DNA from: Tubiluchus corallicola
Lineage: Eukaryota; Animalia; Priapulida
DNA: 64,000 nucleotides
Reading direction: 5' to 3'
NCBI GenBank assembly: GCA_030141605.1
Contig: JAQGDQ010000010.1
Location: 1,505,729-1,569,728 of the forward strand
This document shows, in pieces, positions 50,607 to 62,970 of the stretch. Under the pieces are notes generated by a model. That model made no database searches. It was not told the origin of the DNA and worked only from the letters and a program-made list of their open reading frames with translations. Made by a program: the position numbers and the translations under genes. Positions within the stretch are counted from its first letter, which is position 1. The number at the start of each line of letters is the position of its first letter.

Positions 50607-53600
50607 ACTTTGCCCCACCCGCTCATCCGTATCTTGCAAAAGAACACTATGCTCGTCTCTGTCCTGCAAAGGACCAGGTTAGGAAGCCATCTTCAAAATT
50701 TATAAACAAAATTTCATATACAGTTGCTAACTGTCAAATATTAAAATTACATAAATAGTAAAATAATTTTTACATAAACTAAAAAAAATCAAAATAATCA
50801 CTTTATAAGGAGAGTTGTTTAATTTCTAGGAAAAGTTATAGTTTACAAAAACACCATTCCTTTTTCAAATTCCTATTTGGCAAAAGACTTGTGTTTCTGA
50901 TACACGCACGCATGCACGCTCACACACACACTCACACACACACACATTTAATTATGTTGCAACTTGCCATATTGTTCAAATACATATAAAAATGGGAATA
51001 TAACCTATAAACAAACATATCAGCATCTAATATTTTGCAAACATGCAAGCACACACACACGCTCACACATGCACACACGCACAAACGTTTAATTATGTTA
51101 ATTATTAGGAACATAGCTTATAAACAAATATATAATTTTCTGCAATTACAGACTTATACGTACCATTACTAAAGAAATACCAATGCAAAATAAAGCTGCT
51201 TTTCTTGAGATTCTCAGGCAGTAATCTTCTTTTTATATTACCCAGCTGAAATATTATAATTGCAAGCAGTTACAAATTTTCAGCCCAAGACTGCTATTAA
51301 TTCAGTAAGATAAACTAATAATGCTAGAATATATATGACCATTAGGGTGTGGTGAAAATAACTTTTTTTATCCAATCTTTGTACAACTTTTCCTGCTTTG
51401 GAGGTTTGATGAGATACTAACATGGGTAAATTTTCAGCTAGATTAAGCTTTGGGAACATGTGTCTCCACTCATCTTAACATTTCGGAATTACGCTCCTTT
51501 TGTGTAGTAATCTGACAAACTTTAAAAACTGATATATCCACTCCACTGACCTAGCAATTTTTGCCAGTAGTTTGCAATGATTAATAGTTATCGCACATCG
51601 AGCTGTGACGGTTTTGCATGTTAGGAAGTTGCATCAGCGAAATGTGATAATGTGTGTATTTTATACTTATATCGCCATATGTTAACTAATGCTTTTAAAA
51701 TTACCCCCTATGGATTTTTCTAAAAGCTGCTACATTGGAATGTATGCTGCTGTTTGTTCTAAAAAAACTGTTTGTTTGATTTTTATTGATTATCTAAACA
51801 TTTTCTTAAGATTCTCAATAATACTACGTCAAATAAAGATGTTACTTACTAAAATTACGTATATATGCTAACTTGAAAGTATTAACTAAATCGTGGTCAT
51901 CTTTAAACATACTTTCCTCTCAAAATAACGTGAAAATTTGTAAAACTGAAATTTGTCGAGTCTAATGATATTTGTTTTCGCTTCAGCCCTCTAGTGGGCA
52001 GCAACCAAAAAAATTAGAACTTTCGGTTTCCTTACGATCCACACAAAGAGAAAAATGCAAAATTCTGTTTTGCATCAATGTCGTGAGAATGATTGTTATA
52101 AAGATTAAGAGATTTATGTACACAAGAAGTAGCCATAGATACAATACAAAGTATAAGTACTTACGATCTACAAAATTACAATATTCAGATTAAGTCTATA
52201 AGCTGAAAATAGTGGGTATTTTCACTGTGCTAAGTAGAAAATCAAAATTACTAAAATATGAAATTTTTATTATAAAATTATCAAGAAAAAATATAAAGGT
52301 GTGATGAACTAATCTGATGACATAATCAAGAAAAATAATTTACAAAAGTGAAATAAAATAATCTTATAATTATGGCAAAAATAACAGTAACAGTTAAACT
52401 TGTGTATTTAGAAAGATGAGAGAATAATTATAAGTAGTACTGATATAGAAGTACTGTATCGAAAGAGGTAAGTGAAAAAGATATAAGAATAACAAAAGAA
52501 AAATAAATAATATTAACGTAAAAGATTAACGTGATATAATTATAGTGTTTACAATGATAAACACATAAAAGGAGGAGAATATATTATAAATCACATGACA
52601 AACTAGTAAGACTTGAATTAAAGGAAAGAATAATCAGTGATGATACTGACGAAGCAATAGAAATGGAACATGAAAGAAATGGCAAAGTTGTGTGTTATTA
52701 ACTGCAAGAGATTTGTAACCGAGTCAGCCACGTGAGTTCAGGAGTAACAGTTACTATCACTATATGGTTATGTGTTGCAGGCAGCAGTGTTGTTGTTGTT
52801 GCTGCTGCTGTTGTCATTATTGTTTCTGTTAACCTATGCAGTGAGTACTTGTCGAAAGATAATGATGAATCATTATTAAAAATATAAATGCACGTACAAA
52901 TGTTTACAAAAAAGCCAAAATTAATAACATAAAATTTAGTATTAAGATTAAGATTAAGGTACACCAACTTTATGTCTGATAGTGCTTAATAGGCATAACT
53001 GCCTGCAGTAATTTTGGCAATTTAATGAACTAATATAAGTAATCATTACCAGCCTACTTGAAAAAGCTTGGTTAACAACAATTCAACAACCTTGCCGTCA
53101 AATAAGTCAGCCACCCTTATTTACATTTTGCTTCCTCTGGTATGTGGCTGGATTACAGTTTATTATTTCCGTATTTGCTTCATTGAAGTTCATTTTCCGG
53201 ATAATAAAGAAAAATGCAAAAAAGTATTGATGTCATAAGGGATAATTAAGTAAAATCAAATTAAATAACATAACAAATGGGAAGGAGCATGTTGTATGAG
53301 AGCGGTAATTGTTGAAGTGAATACATGCATAAAACATAAACTTGTGCAAGATGCGGTGAAACAAAGCAAAAACAAAACAAAATTATAAAGTTTATCACAT
53401 TACATAAATAATTTAAAAATGGAGGACATAAATTTTGACACTCAGTTATTTTGACATTCAGCAATAATTTATGCACTCATTAATGTGTAGTACTTTGAAT
53501 TTGGACAACAAACAAATAATCTTAAAAACAAAATTAAAATCTTTCAGGAGAAACAACTCAAAATAACTCAAGGCAAAATTAAACACAACAACATTTGACA

Positions 53601-54049
53601 TGCAAATCTGGCTAATAAACAAAAATATAAGTATAAAAAGGGTTATGAGATGAAACAAGTCAAAACAAAACTGATCTGTTTAACATTTAACTGGTAACAT
53701 AAGATAACAATAATTTTCTTTTTTATCTTTTGAGCTAAAATACTAGAAATTGTGATAATTGTGAGGAGGTCAGGAGTTCCACAGTTTTATATTTTGGCAT
53801 TTTGGCGATTTCCGACCTAGTGAAGTATTATCACGTTTTAACATAATAAAATTTGTATGCAGGAGACTTTGCATCATGTCTTTCAGTATTATAAATAGTT
53901 TGTGTTTTATGCTTGTCAGCTTACAAGTTTTGTTTGTGTCTCGCTGTGTACATTTACTTTTGTGTGTATAATTCGTGCTTTTGGAGTAATTTGACTAAAT
54001 GTAGATGCAGTGTTTTATTTGTAATAAATAAAAAGATTTTATACTATGA

Positions 54050-56400
54050 TAAATACTTTGGATCACTACAGCAATTTTAGAAAGTGTTAAGCGGAAAAAT
54101 AAAATGTATCGTTCTCTGGTGAACAAGACAAATAATGAAGTATCTGAAGTAGAATACAAACGATATAGAAATGAACTTAATACAGTTATAAAAGCATCAA
54201 AATGTCAGTATTATAGGGATAGATTGATGACAGTTAAAGATAACATAAAAAAAGACATGGGATACAATGAAAGAAATTATGCATAAAGAAAGACAAAATC
54301 GACCCATTACGTTGTTCATAAACAGTAAATTAATTAAAAATAATGTAGAGGTGGCAAATGCTTTTAACGATTACTTTGCCAATATTGGACCAATATTATC
54401 AGAACAAATTGAAAACACAAACATAAATCCATGTACATATCTTAAAGGTACCTACCGATAAAGCTTTTTTATTAGTGCAGTAACAGAAGATGATATAATA
54501 AATACTTGTAAGTCGTTTAATCGGAATAAAGGTCCTGGTAAGGACAAAATGTTACCTAAAGTCGTAATAGACACCATTGACTACATCTCTAAACCTCTGC
54601 AATATTTAATTAATTTAACTTTTCTTACAGGTGAAATACCAACGAAATTGAAAGAATCAATTATTGTTCCTTTGTTTAAATCAGATGATCCCATGTCTCT
54701 GAACAATTATAGACCAGTGTCCTAATTGCCTTTTATATCAAAAATATTAGAAAAAGTTTTTTACAATCAGTTATCTCATTATTTAATAAAAAGAAGAATT
54801 CTGAGTAATAAACAATTTGGTTTCAGAAAAGGTAGCTCCACTGAAATAGCCTTAACAAAAATTATAGAAAATATCATTAATACTGTTGAAAAAAATGGCA
54901 CATCCTACAGAGTATTTTGCGACCTATCAAAAGCATTTGATACAGTAAACCATGACATTCTGCTAAATAAGTTGTACTATTACGGTATCAGAGGTTTGCC
55001 TCATATGTGGCTAAAGAATTATTTAACAGGGCGCACTCAGACAGTAAAATATAATAATGCTTTTTCAGATGTAACACCATTTAAATGTGGCGTGCCCCAA
55101 GGCTCAGTCCTCGGGCCACTACTTTTTCTAATTTATATTAATGACATCAAATTTTGTGTTAAAAATCACAATTTATTTCAGTTTGCTGATGATACAAGCA
55201 TTTTTTTAGCTTTCATAAAATAGAAACCAATATTGACTACATAAATACAGTTCTACATGATCTAGCTATATGGTTCAAAACAAATAAACTTTCACTAAAT
55301 TCATCAAAAACAAAATACATTCTGTTTAGATCCCGAAATAAACCAATTCAGGCGAACCACGATTTAATAATAGACCATAAAAGAATTACACGAGTAAAAG
55401 AACTGAAATTTCTGGGATTAATACTGAACGAGCATCTAGACTGGCGACCTCATATATTCATGATCAGATTAAAAATATCAAAAAATATAGGTATCATCTC
55501 ATATATTAAAAACTTTCTGAACACCGAACATCTTCTAACATTATACAACAGTTTAATATTATCATATTTAAATTACTGCACAACATTATGGGGCTTTACT
55601 TATACTACAAATTTAGAATGCTTAAGAGTTTTACAACGAAAATTTTTACGTGTCATCTTCAAACTAGACAAAAGGAGCACAATTACTACTACACATTTTA
55701 AGCAATGTCAAATATTACTTCTGGATGATGTTATTAATTTTAATGGATGTATATACATGTATAGAACCAACAACAATTTATTTCCAACTTTTTTTGAAAA
55801 TCCAGTCAAGATAAATGTAAAAAAAATACAATACCAGACATAATGAATATATACCAAGACGTTGTAGAACAAATATGGCAAAACACTTCATTAGCTATAT
55901 GGGACCAGTCCTATGGAACAGACTAAGCCGCAATTAGAAATGTAGTCACTCCCTTTTAACTTTTAAAAAAACCGTCAGAAAAGAAATATTTCAAAAGTAT
56001 TAAGAGTAACACAATTTGATAATGGTAATAACCTGCATTTTTTCCTACAGTAATCTTAATATAATGTGACTATGTTTAACAGGATACTGAATACTTTGTA
56101 ACCATGATCTCAGTTTTTCTTAGTTCTCGCTCCATTTCATCTTTCATTCACTACTCCCCCCCCCATTTTTTTAAGATTTGCACATACAGTTTGGCCTGTC
56201 AAGCTATGCTTTTAGGCTCAAACTGTATGCATCAAAATTATTTTGTAATGAAATTTGCACATGTATATCCCGCATTCTGTAATTTCTCGATAATACTGCA
56301 TTTATTCATATTTATATTTACTTAAATGGAAAATTATCTGTATTTTAATGATAATTGTAAGATGCAATGTGGAAAATGAATAAACTCTTGAACTCTTAAA
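54050..56400 (+). mobile_element. 5'-truncated decayed LINE (CR1/L2-like group) ORF2 plus 3' UTR
   Basis: WIT motif at the start; YRPVS*LPFISKILEK; QFGFRKG; DLSKAFDTVNH; GVPQGSVLGPLLFLIYIND; FADDT. Several stops and frameshifts. Ends with AATAAA plus a short tandem tail (ctcttgaa ctcttaaa). Confidence 0.93.
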
Positions 56401-56818
56401 CGCAGAAATCACAACTCTGGTTTCGGTGCGCTTTTTTAAAAACGCGCATTACCTTGATCACGTGTTCGTAGAAACGAGATGAAAATGAAATTTATTAAAC
56501 CATGTGTTCGACTGTTCGTGCTCAATTTTTATTGCTTTTCTTCAAGTTATTCATAATTATTAGTAAATTATAGCACGTCTAGTTAACTAGCTTAAGTTAT
56601 TGCACAATACCAATAAAAGTAATGTAATATTAACTAGTGTAGTGAATGTTTTTGACCCCGTCAAAAGCTGTGGTAAGATTCTGCTTTTGTGACGGGAGAG
56701 GCGCGTAATATTATTCGTTCAGGTCATTAGTGAACGTTTCCGGTAATGGTAATTTTTTCCTTTTTAGTGTATTATTAGGGTGGCTGAACGAAAATTGTAG
56801 AGCGCGCCACCATAGCCG

Positions 56819-57816
56819 TGTAATGTGGTTTGCACTGTTTGGCATTATTATCGTTTTTGTTGTCTAGGGGAATGAATTGTGTGCACCACAAGTACATTAA
56901 CCTCACTATGGTAATAGTGTAGGTGTGAAGTTTGGGTCCATTTCTGCATATGTGTACCAAATTGGATTACACTGAACCAGTGGAAGGAAAATGCAAATAA
57001 TGAGAAATTAAGTTTAACCAGTTTATTTTCTAATCATAAATCAGATACAATAGTAGGAGTAAACACTCCAATACAAGTTGATGTCTTCAACTTCATTATT
57101 TAGAGCAAACTTCAAATTGAATGTTGAAAATGGCACATTGTTAATTTAAAGTTACATCATTCTATTTCAGAATGCAGTGGGCTGTTCAATTTGTCAGATA
57201 AATATCTGTACTTCTTTGCCTCAATTTAGTCACAAGTTCATGTGACTATGGCAATTTGAGTTATTTCATCCTTCAACTTGGAAGTTTGAGTTTTAATTTC
57301 TCACCTTTATTTCAGGTTTGGTTTTCACTGCTTTTATCTCAGCAGGGTTTTTGTTTTTACTGCTTTTGTCACAGCAGGGCAAAAAGGCATTGATCACGGC
57401 TAAAACTCTTGTTTTTATACACAAATGCAGTGCTCTGCGCATGCGCGTTGCCAAGTGATACCATACTGCATGTGTAATGAGGGTTTTGAGCAACTGCTAC
57501 TTATTTCCATTGGCATCTTCTTAACAAGCTATTAAATTGCTTATTTTACTGTATACTTTGTCATCTGCTTTCTTCTAATTATTTTGCAGCTAACAAATAG
57601 TAACAATTTGTTAAGCTCTACCAAAAATAATCTTCGGTAAATTAATTGGTTTACCGAGCATCCCAACGGCTCTCGATTGGCATGATTCCTTGTTGCGCGC
57701 CCTCTATCGGCGGGTTGCAAAGTTGATTTTGTAAACAAACATGTCCGCTTCCAGCGAAGACATTATTTATTGTAGCAAGGGTTAGGTGGGTTTTTAAACA
57801 AGGCAAAAACACCACA
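56819..57816 (-). repeat. 3' LTR
   Basis: Minus strand TGTGGTGT...ACATTACA. TATAAAA at 57419-57413, AATAAA at 57311-57306, palindromic TGCGCATGCGC at 57436-57446. Confidence 0.95.
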
Positions 57817-57818
57817 CA

Positions 57819-57828
57819 CCCCCCTTCT
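57819..57828 (-). promoter_or_regulatory. Polypurine tract
   Basis: Minus strand AGAAGGGGGG just before the 3' LTR. Confidence 0.88.
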
Positions 57829-58403
57829 AAATTACTCCACCTGCCCTCAGGTGGTCAAAAATAGGAATCATTTTTTGTGCAGTTGCACACTTCATTGCAG
57901 TATTGGTGAAGTTAACAAAGCTCTGCCCACTTTTCGTAAGTCTTTGTTGTAGATACTTCGGTAGGTATCTTTACTTGATGCACTTGTTTGAAAGTAACAA
58001 AACAAGTGCTGGTTCGTAACTGTGTCATATCAACACTCCAATAGTACAATATGTCAGACAGTAACTTTAAATTGCAAAAATTCTTTACTTTATTAAGACG
58101 TGCGAAATACATTTTTATAAAATATATATATTTCAAAATACAAAATCTCTAGCAAAAACGTTAACACGAACTAAACATTTAACAAAGTAATTTTAACACA
58201 CTGAATATTGCACCTTCTTTTCTTAATACTGAATACATGAAGTATAAAAAAATGCATAAAAAATGATTATGTAATCTACAAAATTACATACAAGATTACA
58301 AAAATGGATCTATATAGGAAGCGTAAACGCAATACAGTATCTTAATCTATTCTAAATTGTAAACAGATACTTAAATGGCATAATTTTATCCTGGTTACAT
58401 CTT

Positions 58404-61400
58404 TTAGTCATGATTACCACGGGAGCTGCTGGTCTCATTATCACTTGAGCTCGAACTGGAAGAGGTTGATGAAAGACGTCTAGTGCGTTTCATTCCTAAC
58501 GGACTAATGGATTTCTCATCCAAAGGAGTTTGGGTGGGGACTTCAGGTTCCACTACACAAGAGGAAGCTTGTCCCACCTTTATTTTTTTCTTGGAAGTTT
58601 CTTCCAATGGGCCAAGTATATCAATTGCTATACGTTCAAAGGGACCTGTAGGCATTTGTTGCTGAAGCTTTCCCCTCTTAGGACCTTTCCCAGGCTTCCT
58701 TCGAGCACAAGCAGAGCAAAACTTACACCATCTTTTAACATCATTTTGATATCCAGGCCAATAAAAGCGCTGTTTAAATTTAGCTATACTTCTGTGCACA
58801 CCCTGATGTGCACCAGTTCTAGGACTATGTAGATGATTAAAAATCTCCCGTCGCAATCCATACGGCACAATCAACTGCCTTGTTGGAGAGCTAGGGGTAA
58901 TGCTAGTCTCAAATCGTTTGTACAGCAGTCCATCATATATTTCCAAGGTATCCCATAAGTTCCAGTACGTTCTAAAATCTGAACTATTGTCAGCTATTTC
59001 TTGAAAATCAGGTTTAGTTTCTCCATCACTAATTCGCACCCTAAAGAAATCTATAGCTTCATCTTGCTCTTGTAATTCCTTTAGGCGCCATTTTGAGATG
59101 TCAAATGGTAAATCAGGAGGGCTTTGCACTGGTCCTATGGAGGCTCTTTCATCAAAGGGACTGTCAGCATCCAAGTCATGTGGTATGCTTTCCCTTGGTC
59201 CTCCAATAGGATACATCTCCCCCCTTCTGGGTTTCACCATCTTAACAGACAACTCCAGTGATGGGACCGTAATTATGTCACTCTAAGAACTTTTATGTTC
59301 ATCCCCGTGAACATTCAAAGCAACACTCTTTGGCTTCACGTCACTACTGCTTAAATGCACCACTGGCTGCAGCAGATCGGTCACATTCTGAGAAGACAAT
59401 CCCCTAGAAACATTACAAATTTTCTCTGACACTTTATGTCTGGTATCATTACAATCCTCACGTGGACATTTTGCCACTATCAACGCAGACTGGAACTGTC
59501 GGGATAACCCATCAGCATTTCCATGCTGGCTACCTTTACGATGTTCAACACTGAAATCATAGGTGTCCAGTATGGATATCCAACGTGCTACCATACCTTC
59601 TGGCTCTCTAAAGTTAATCAGCCAGGTTAATGCAGCATGATCGGTGCGGATACGGAAGAATCTACCCCACAAATAATGATGGAACTGCTTAACAAATGTA
59701 ATTACAGCCAGAAGTTCTTTCTTGGTTGTACAATATTTCTTTTGAGATTGACTCAAAGTTCGACTAGCATAAGCTATGACTTTTTCTTCTCCTTCTTGGA
59801 GTTGCGACAATATACCACCTATTCCAGTGTCACAAGCATCAGTATCCAAGATGAACTGATCATCAGCTGTCGGATATGACAACACTGGGCTTTTAGTTAA
59901 GTGATCAATTAATGCATTGAAAGCTTCAGTGCAAGAATTATCCCACTGAAAGGCCACTCCCTTCCTGGTTAAAACAGAAAGTGGAGCTGCAATGGATGCT
60001 GTGGTATAAACCTTCTGTAGTACGATGCGAATCCTAGAAAACTTCGCATTTCAGTCTGTGTGCTTGGAATTTTCCAATTTTGCACAACAGAAATTTTCTC
60101 TGGGTCAGTTCTTATACCATCACCAGACACAACATGTCCCAGAAATTTTACGCTTGTTTGAAACAGCTTACTCTTAGATGCCTTTATTTTCAAATTGGCA
60201 TTTCTCAGACGTTCAAATACTAAGTGCAAGTTGCTCATTGCTTCTGTGAAACTTTTACCAAAGACAATGATATCATCCAGGTATATCAAACAGTGGCTCC
60301 ACTGTAAACCTCGGAGCACTGTTTCCATCAAACGTTCAAAGGTGGCTGGTGCATTGGAAAGACCAAAGGGCATCACCTTAAATTGGTAGAGCCCTTGTCT
60401 TGTGGCAAAGGCAGTCTTGGCCTTAGATTCTTCTGACATTTCAACCTGCCAGAAACCGTTGGCCAAATCAAAAGTTGAGAACCAACATGAACCTCTAAGG
60501 GCATCAAAAACTTCTTCAATTCGTGGTAATGGATATGCATCTTTATATGTAACATCATTCAGTTTCCTATAATCGATGCAATAACGAAAACTGCCATCTT
60601 TCTTAGGAATTAAAACAATGGGTGATGCCCATGGGCTACAGCTTGGCTCGATTATATCTTCGGCCAACATTCTCTCTAATTCTGCTTCAGCAGCAGCTCT
60701 TTTTTTCTCAGGCAACCTTCTGGGTGCCTGTTTTATAGGGCGTGCTGTGCCAGTATCAATCACATGTTTGACAATAGCAGTTCTGCCAAACCTGTTACTT
60801 GGCCCAACAAATGCTTCTACAAACTGTACCAAGAGATTTGCAACTTGGTTCTTTTGCTCCAAAGAGAGGGTTGAATCAACACTATCTAACAAACTCTGCA
60901 AATGTTCTGGACATATGGAGGTTATTTCATCACTGTTTGGAATAGGCTGCACTTTTGCAACAGGATAAGCTTCATGGTCATCTAAACGACCAGGATATTC
61001 ATCCCATTCTTCTTCCGGATTTTTAAAACATGGGATGGATAAATCATCTATAAAGAGAATTCCTTGCTGTACATTGAATATAGCATTTTTCTCTTCCAAA
61101 ATATCCAAACCCAATATTCCAAACGGTCCGCCAACAGAAGCAACAACCATTGTAACTACAGAGTGTATGTCAGCCAATTCAATTTCAAAATCAGCTTCTC
61201 CAATCTGATTTAATAAATGGCCACTAACAGCTTGTAGATTTTTCTCCGAATAGCGGAGTTCAGGTCTATCATCCTCGGGCAGAGTGTAGTACAGGTGCAA
61301 GTCCAAAATTGTTGCACTGGCACCTGTGTCCACTACAAAATTTATACTAAAATTATTTACCATTATTTCCACATGCCAACATGGCTTGTGTTCGATTGGA

Positions 61401-61566
61401 AAAATATAATTATCACTATGGTCAGAATAAGGAAGAGCTAAATGGTCTTCCCAATTCGGAACTGTTTCTATCTCTTTGATGATGGCTCCGGGGCCAGTGC
61501 GAGATAGACTTCCCAGGGCCTTTAAGTTGCTGACCGGAACACTGGCCCCGTGCCCGGTCCTGCTTA
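58404..61566 (-). pseudogene. pol: Gypsy pol (PR-RT-RNaseH-IN), disrupted
   Basis: Protease VDTGA; RT WASPIVL..CIDYRKLN..MPFGLSNAPATF..YLDD; RNaseH LDTDAC..ELLA..RTDH..NADGLSR; integrase HHCC finger. Lesions: frameshift near 60000, in-frame TAG at 59285-59283, deletion of the integrase core near 58580. Confidence 0.93.
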
Positions 61567-61573
61567 GTTTAAC
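61489..61573 (-). promoter_or_regulatory. Programmed -1 ribosomal frameshift signal (G_UUA_AAC plus pseudoknot)
   Basis: Slippery heptamer 61573-61567 directly before the gag TAA; 7-nt spacer; stem GACCGG/CCGGTC; loop-spanning CGGGGCCAGTG complementary to downstream CACTGGCCCCG; the -1 frame is open into the protease. Confidence 0.85.
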
Positions 61574-62919
61574 GAATCAGCAGCCTTTATGGCAGTGACT
61601 GATTCTACACTAGGCAAGTCTTTCGAATCAGAAATCTTGAGCTGTACTCTCTTTGGGAATCTCTCCCTACAGTTTCTGATTATATGACCTTTCTTATGAC
61701 AATAGAAACATTCTAAGTCGGGGTTTCGTATGTTAGGATATCTATCTTGAGCTTGTAAAGTCGAATTGACTTGCTGCTGTTTGATGGCAGCTGAATCTTG
61801 TTTTTCAGCTTTGAGAGCAAGCAACTGTTCCTTTAAGCTAGTTAGCTCTTTCAAAATTTCCTTCAAGGTAACATCTTTGTCAGCATTGCGCTGAGACGTG
61901 ACCTGATTAATCCTTGGAGGAATAGGTTTTTTAATTTTTACATCTGCTGTTTCCCTGCAAACAGCTTCATACTGAGCCACTTTAGTGACTGCTTCATCCA
62001 AAGTTTTTGGTTCTTGGAGACTCGTATGCTTATGCACTTCAACATCCCCAAGCCCTTCTAGATATTTATCCACCAGAAGTTCTTCACACGTATCGCGTGG
62101 AAGTTCTGGGTATGCCATACTAAACATTCTACGTATTACTGCACCATACTCCTCCGGGGTTTCATTAGGTTTTCTCATCCTACTACGTAATTCACTCCTA
62201 TATTGGAGCATACGTTCAGCAGGGTCAAACCTGCGTGCCAGAGCTTCTACAACTTCACTGTATGTAATATCAGAGGTCTCATTAAAATCCATTACTATTT
62301 CAAGAGCATCCCCTTCTAAACACAGCATCAACTGGGTTACCCACTCTGTCCTCGACCACTGATTATATCTGGCCACAATTTCAAATTTGGCAATGAACTG
62401 TCTAAATTGAAGGCTGTTACCAGACTTAAAAATGGGTGGCTTTTTCTCTTTAGCGGACCTTCCCATTTCAGACATTGCACTTGATCTTTTCAAGTTTGTT
62501 GAAGGTGAGTGCCATGTAGTAGAAGATGGTGTTTCCCCAGCCCTGGGTGCTGTGAATGAAGGCATCGTTTCGCTGACTTCAGACACATTACCATCTGTGG
62601 ACCAATGAGATGGATTTTGTCTCATTTTTGACTGAGGTAAATTACCATCATAAATCAGATTGATATTTTTACCATCACTGGTGCCCAAAATGGGTGAGCC
62701 CAGTGTTAAATCTGAAATTTCATGAACATCCTGCTCAAGTTTAGGTGCTTTTTGAACAGCAGCAGATATGTTCTGTAATGTTGGCCTTTTTCTAATGGCA
62801 CCAGACCTTTTCATACTCGTGCTTGCCTGTTCAGCAATATTTTCTTGCTTTTTAGGCTTTGAGTATAGAAAGGACCTTAAATAATTAAATATACACAAAA
62901 AGAAATGAAATAAACCCAT
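61564..62919 (-). CDS. gag: Gypsy Gag (capsid plus CCHC zinc knuckle), intact, 451 aa
   Basis: CA-like FIAKFEIVARYNQW...LMLCLEGDA...ALARRF; knuckle CFYCHKKGHIIRNC; ATG ~50 nt downstream of the PBS. Confidence 0.93.
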   Translation of the reverse strand: MGLFHFFLCIFNYLRSFLYSKPKKQENIAEQASTSMKRSGAIRKRPTLQNISAAVQKAPKLEQDVHEISDLTLGSPILGTSDGKNINLIYDGNLPQSKMRQNPSHWSTDGNVSEVSETMPSFTAPRAGETPSSTTWHSPSTNLKRSSAMSEMGRSAKEKKPPIFKSGNSLQFRQFIAKFEIVARYNQWSRTEWVTQLMLCLEGDALEIVMDFNETSDITYSEVVEALARRFDPAERMLQYRSELRSRMRKPNETPEEYGAVIRRMFSMAYPELPRDTCEELLVDKYLEGLGDVEVHKHTSLQEPKTLDEAVTKVAQYEAVCRETADVKIKKPIPPRINQVTSQRNADKDVTLKEILKELTSLKEQLLALKAEKQDSAAIKQQQVNSTLQAQDRYPNIRNPDLECFYCHKKGHIIRNCRERFPKRVQLKISDSKDLPSVESVTAIKAADSLN

Positions 62920-62970
62920 TGGTTAAACTAATTCAAATTCACTCCACAGGTTCATCATAAATGCAGAAAG

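Noticed and set aside
57830-58400. env or small fusogen ORF between pol and the PPT
   Set aside because: Only short AT-rich ORFs (e.g. MHFFILHVFSIKKRRC..., 28 aa) with no convincing TM or signal architecture.
50679-59285. Stop-codon reassignment as an explanation for in-frame TAA/TAG
   Set aside because: Host genes end normally at TAG/TGA and gag at TAA; the other internal stops lie in decayed elements that also carry frameshifts.
58483-62362. Plus-strand ORFs overlapping gag/pol
   Set aside because: Antisense shadows of the coding strand with no motifs.
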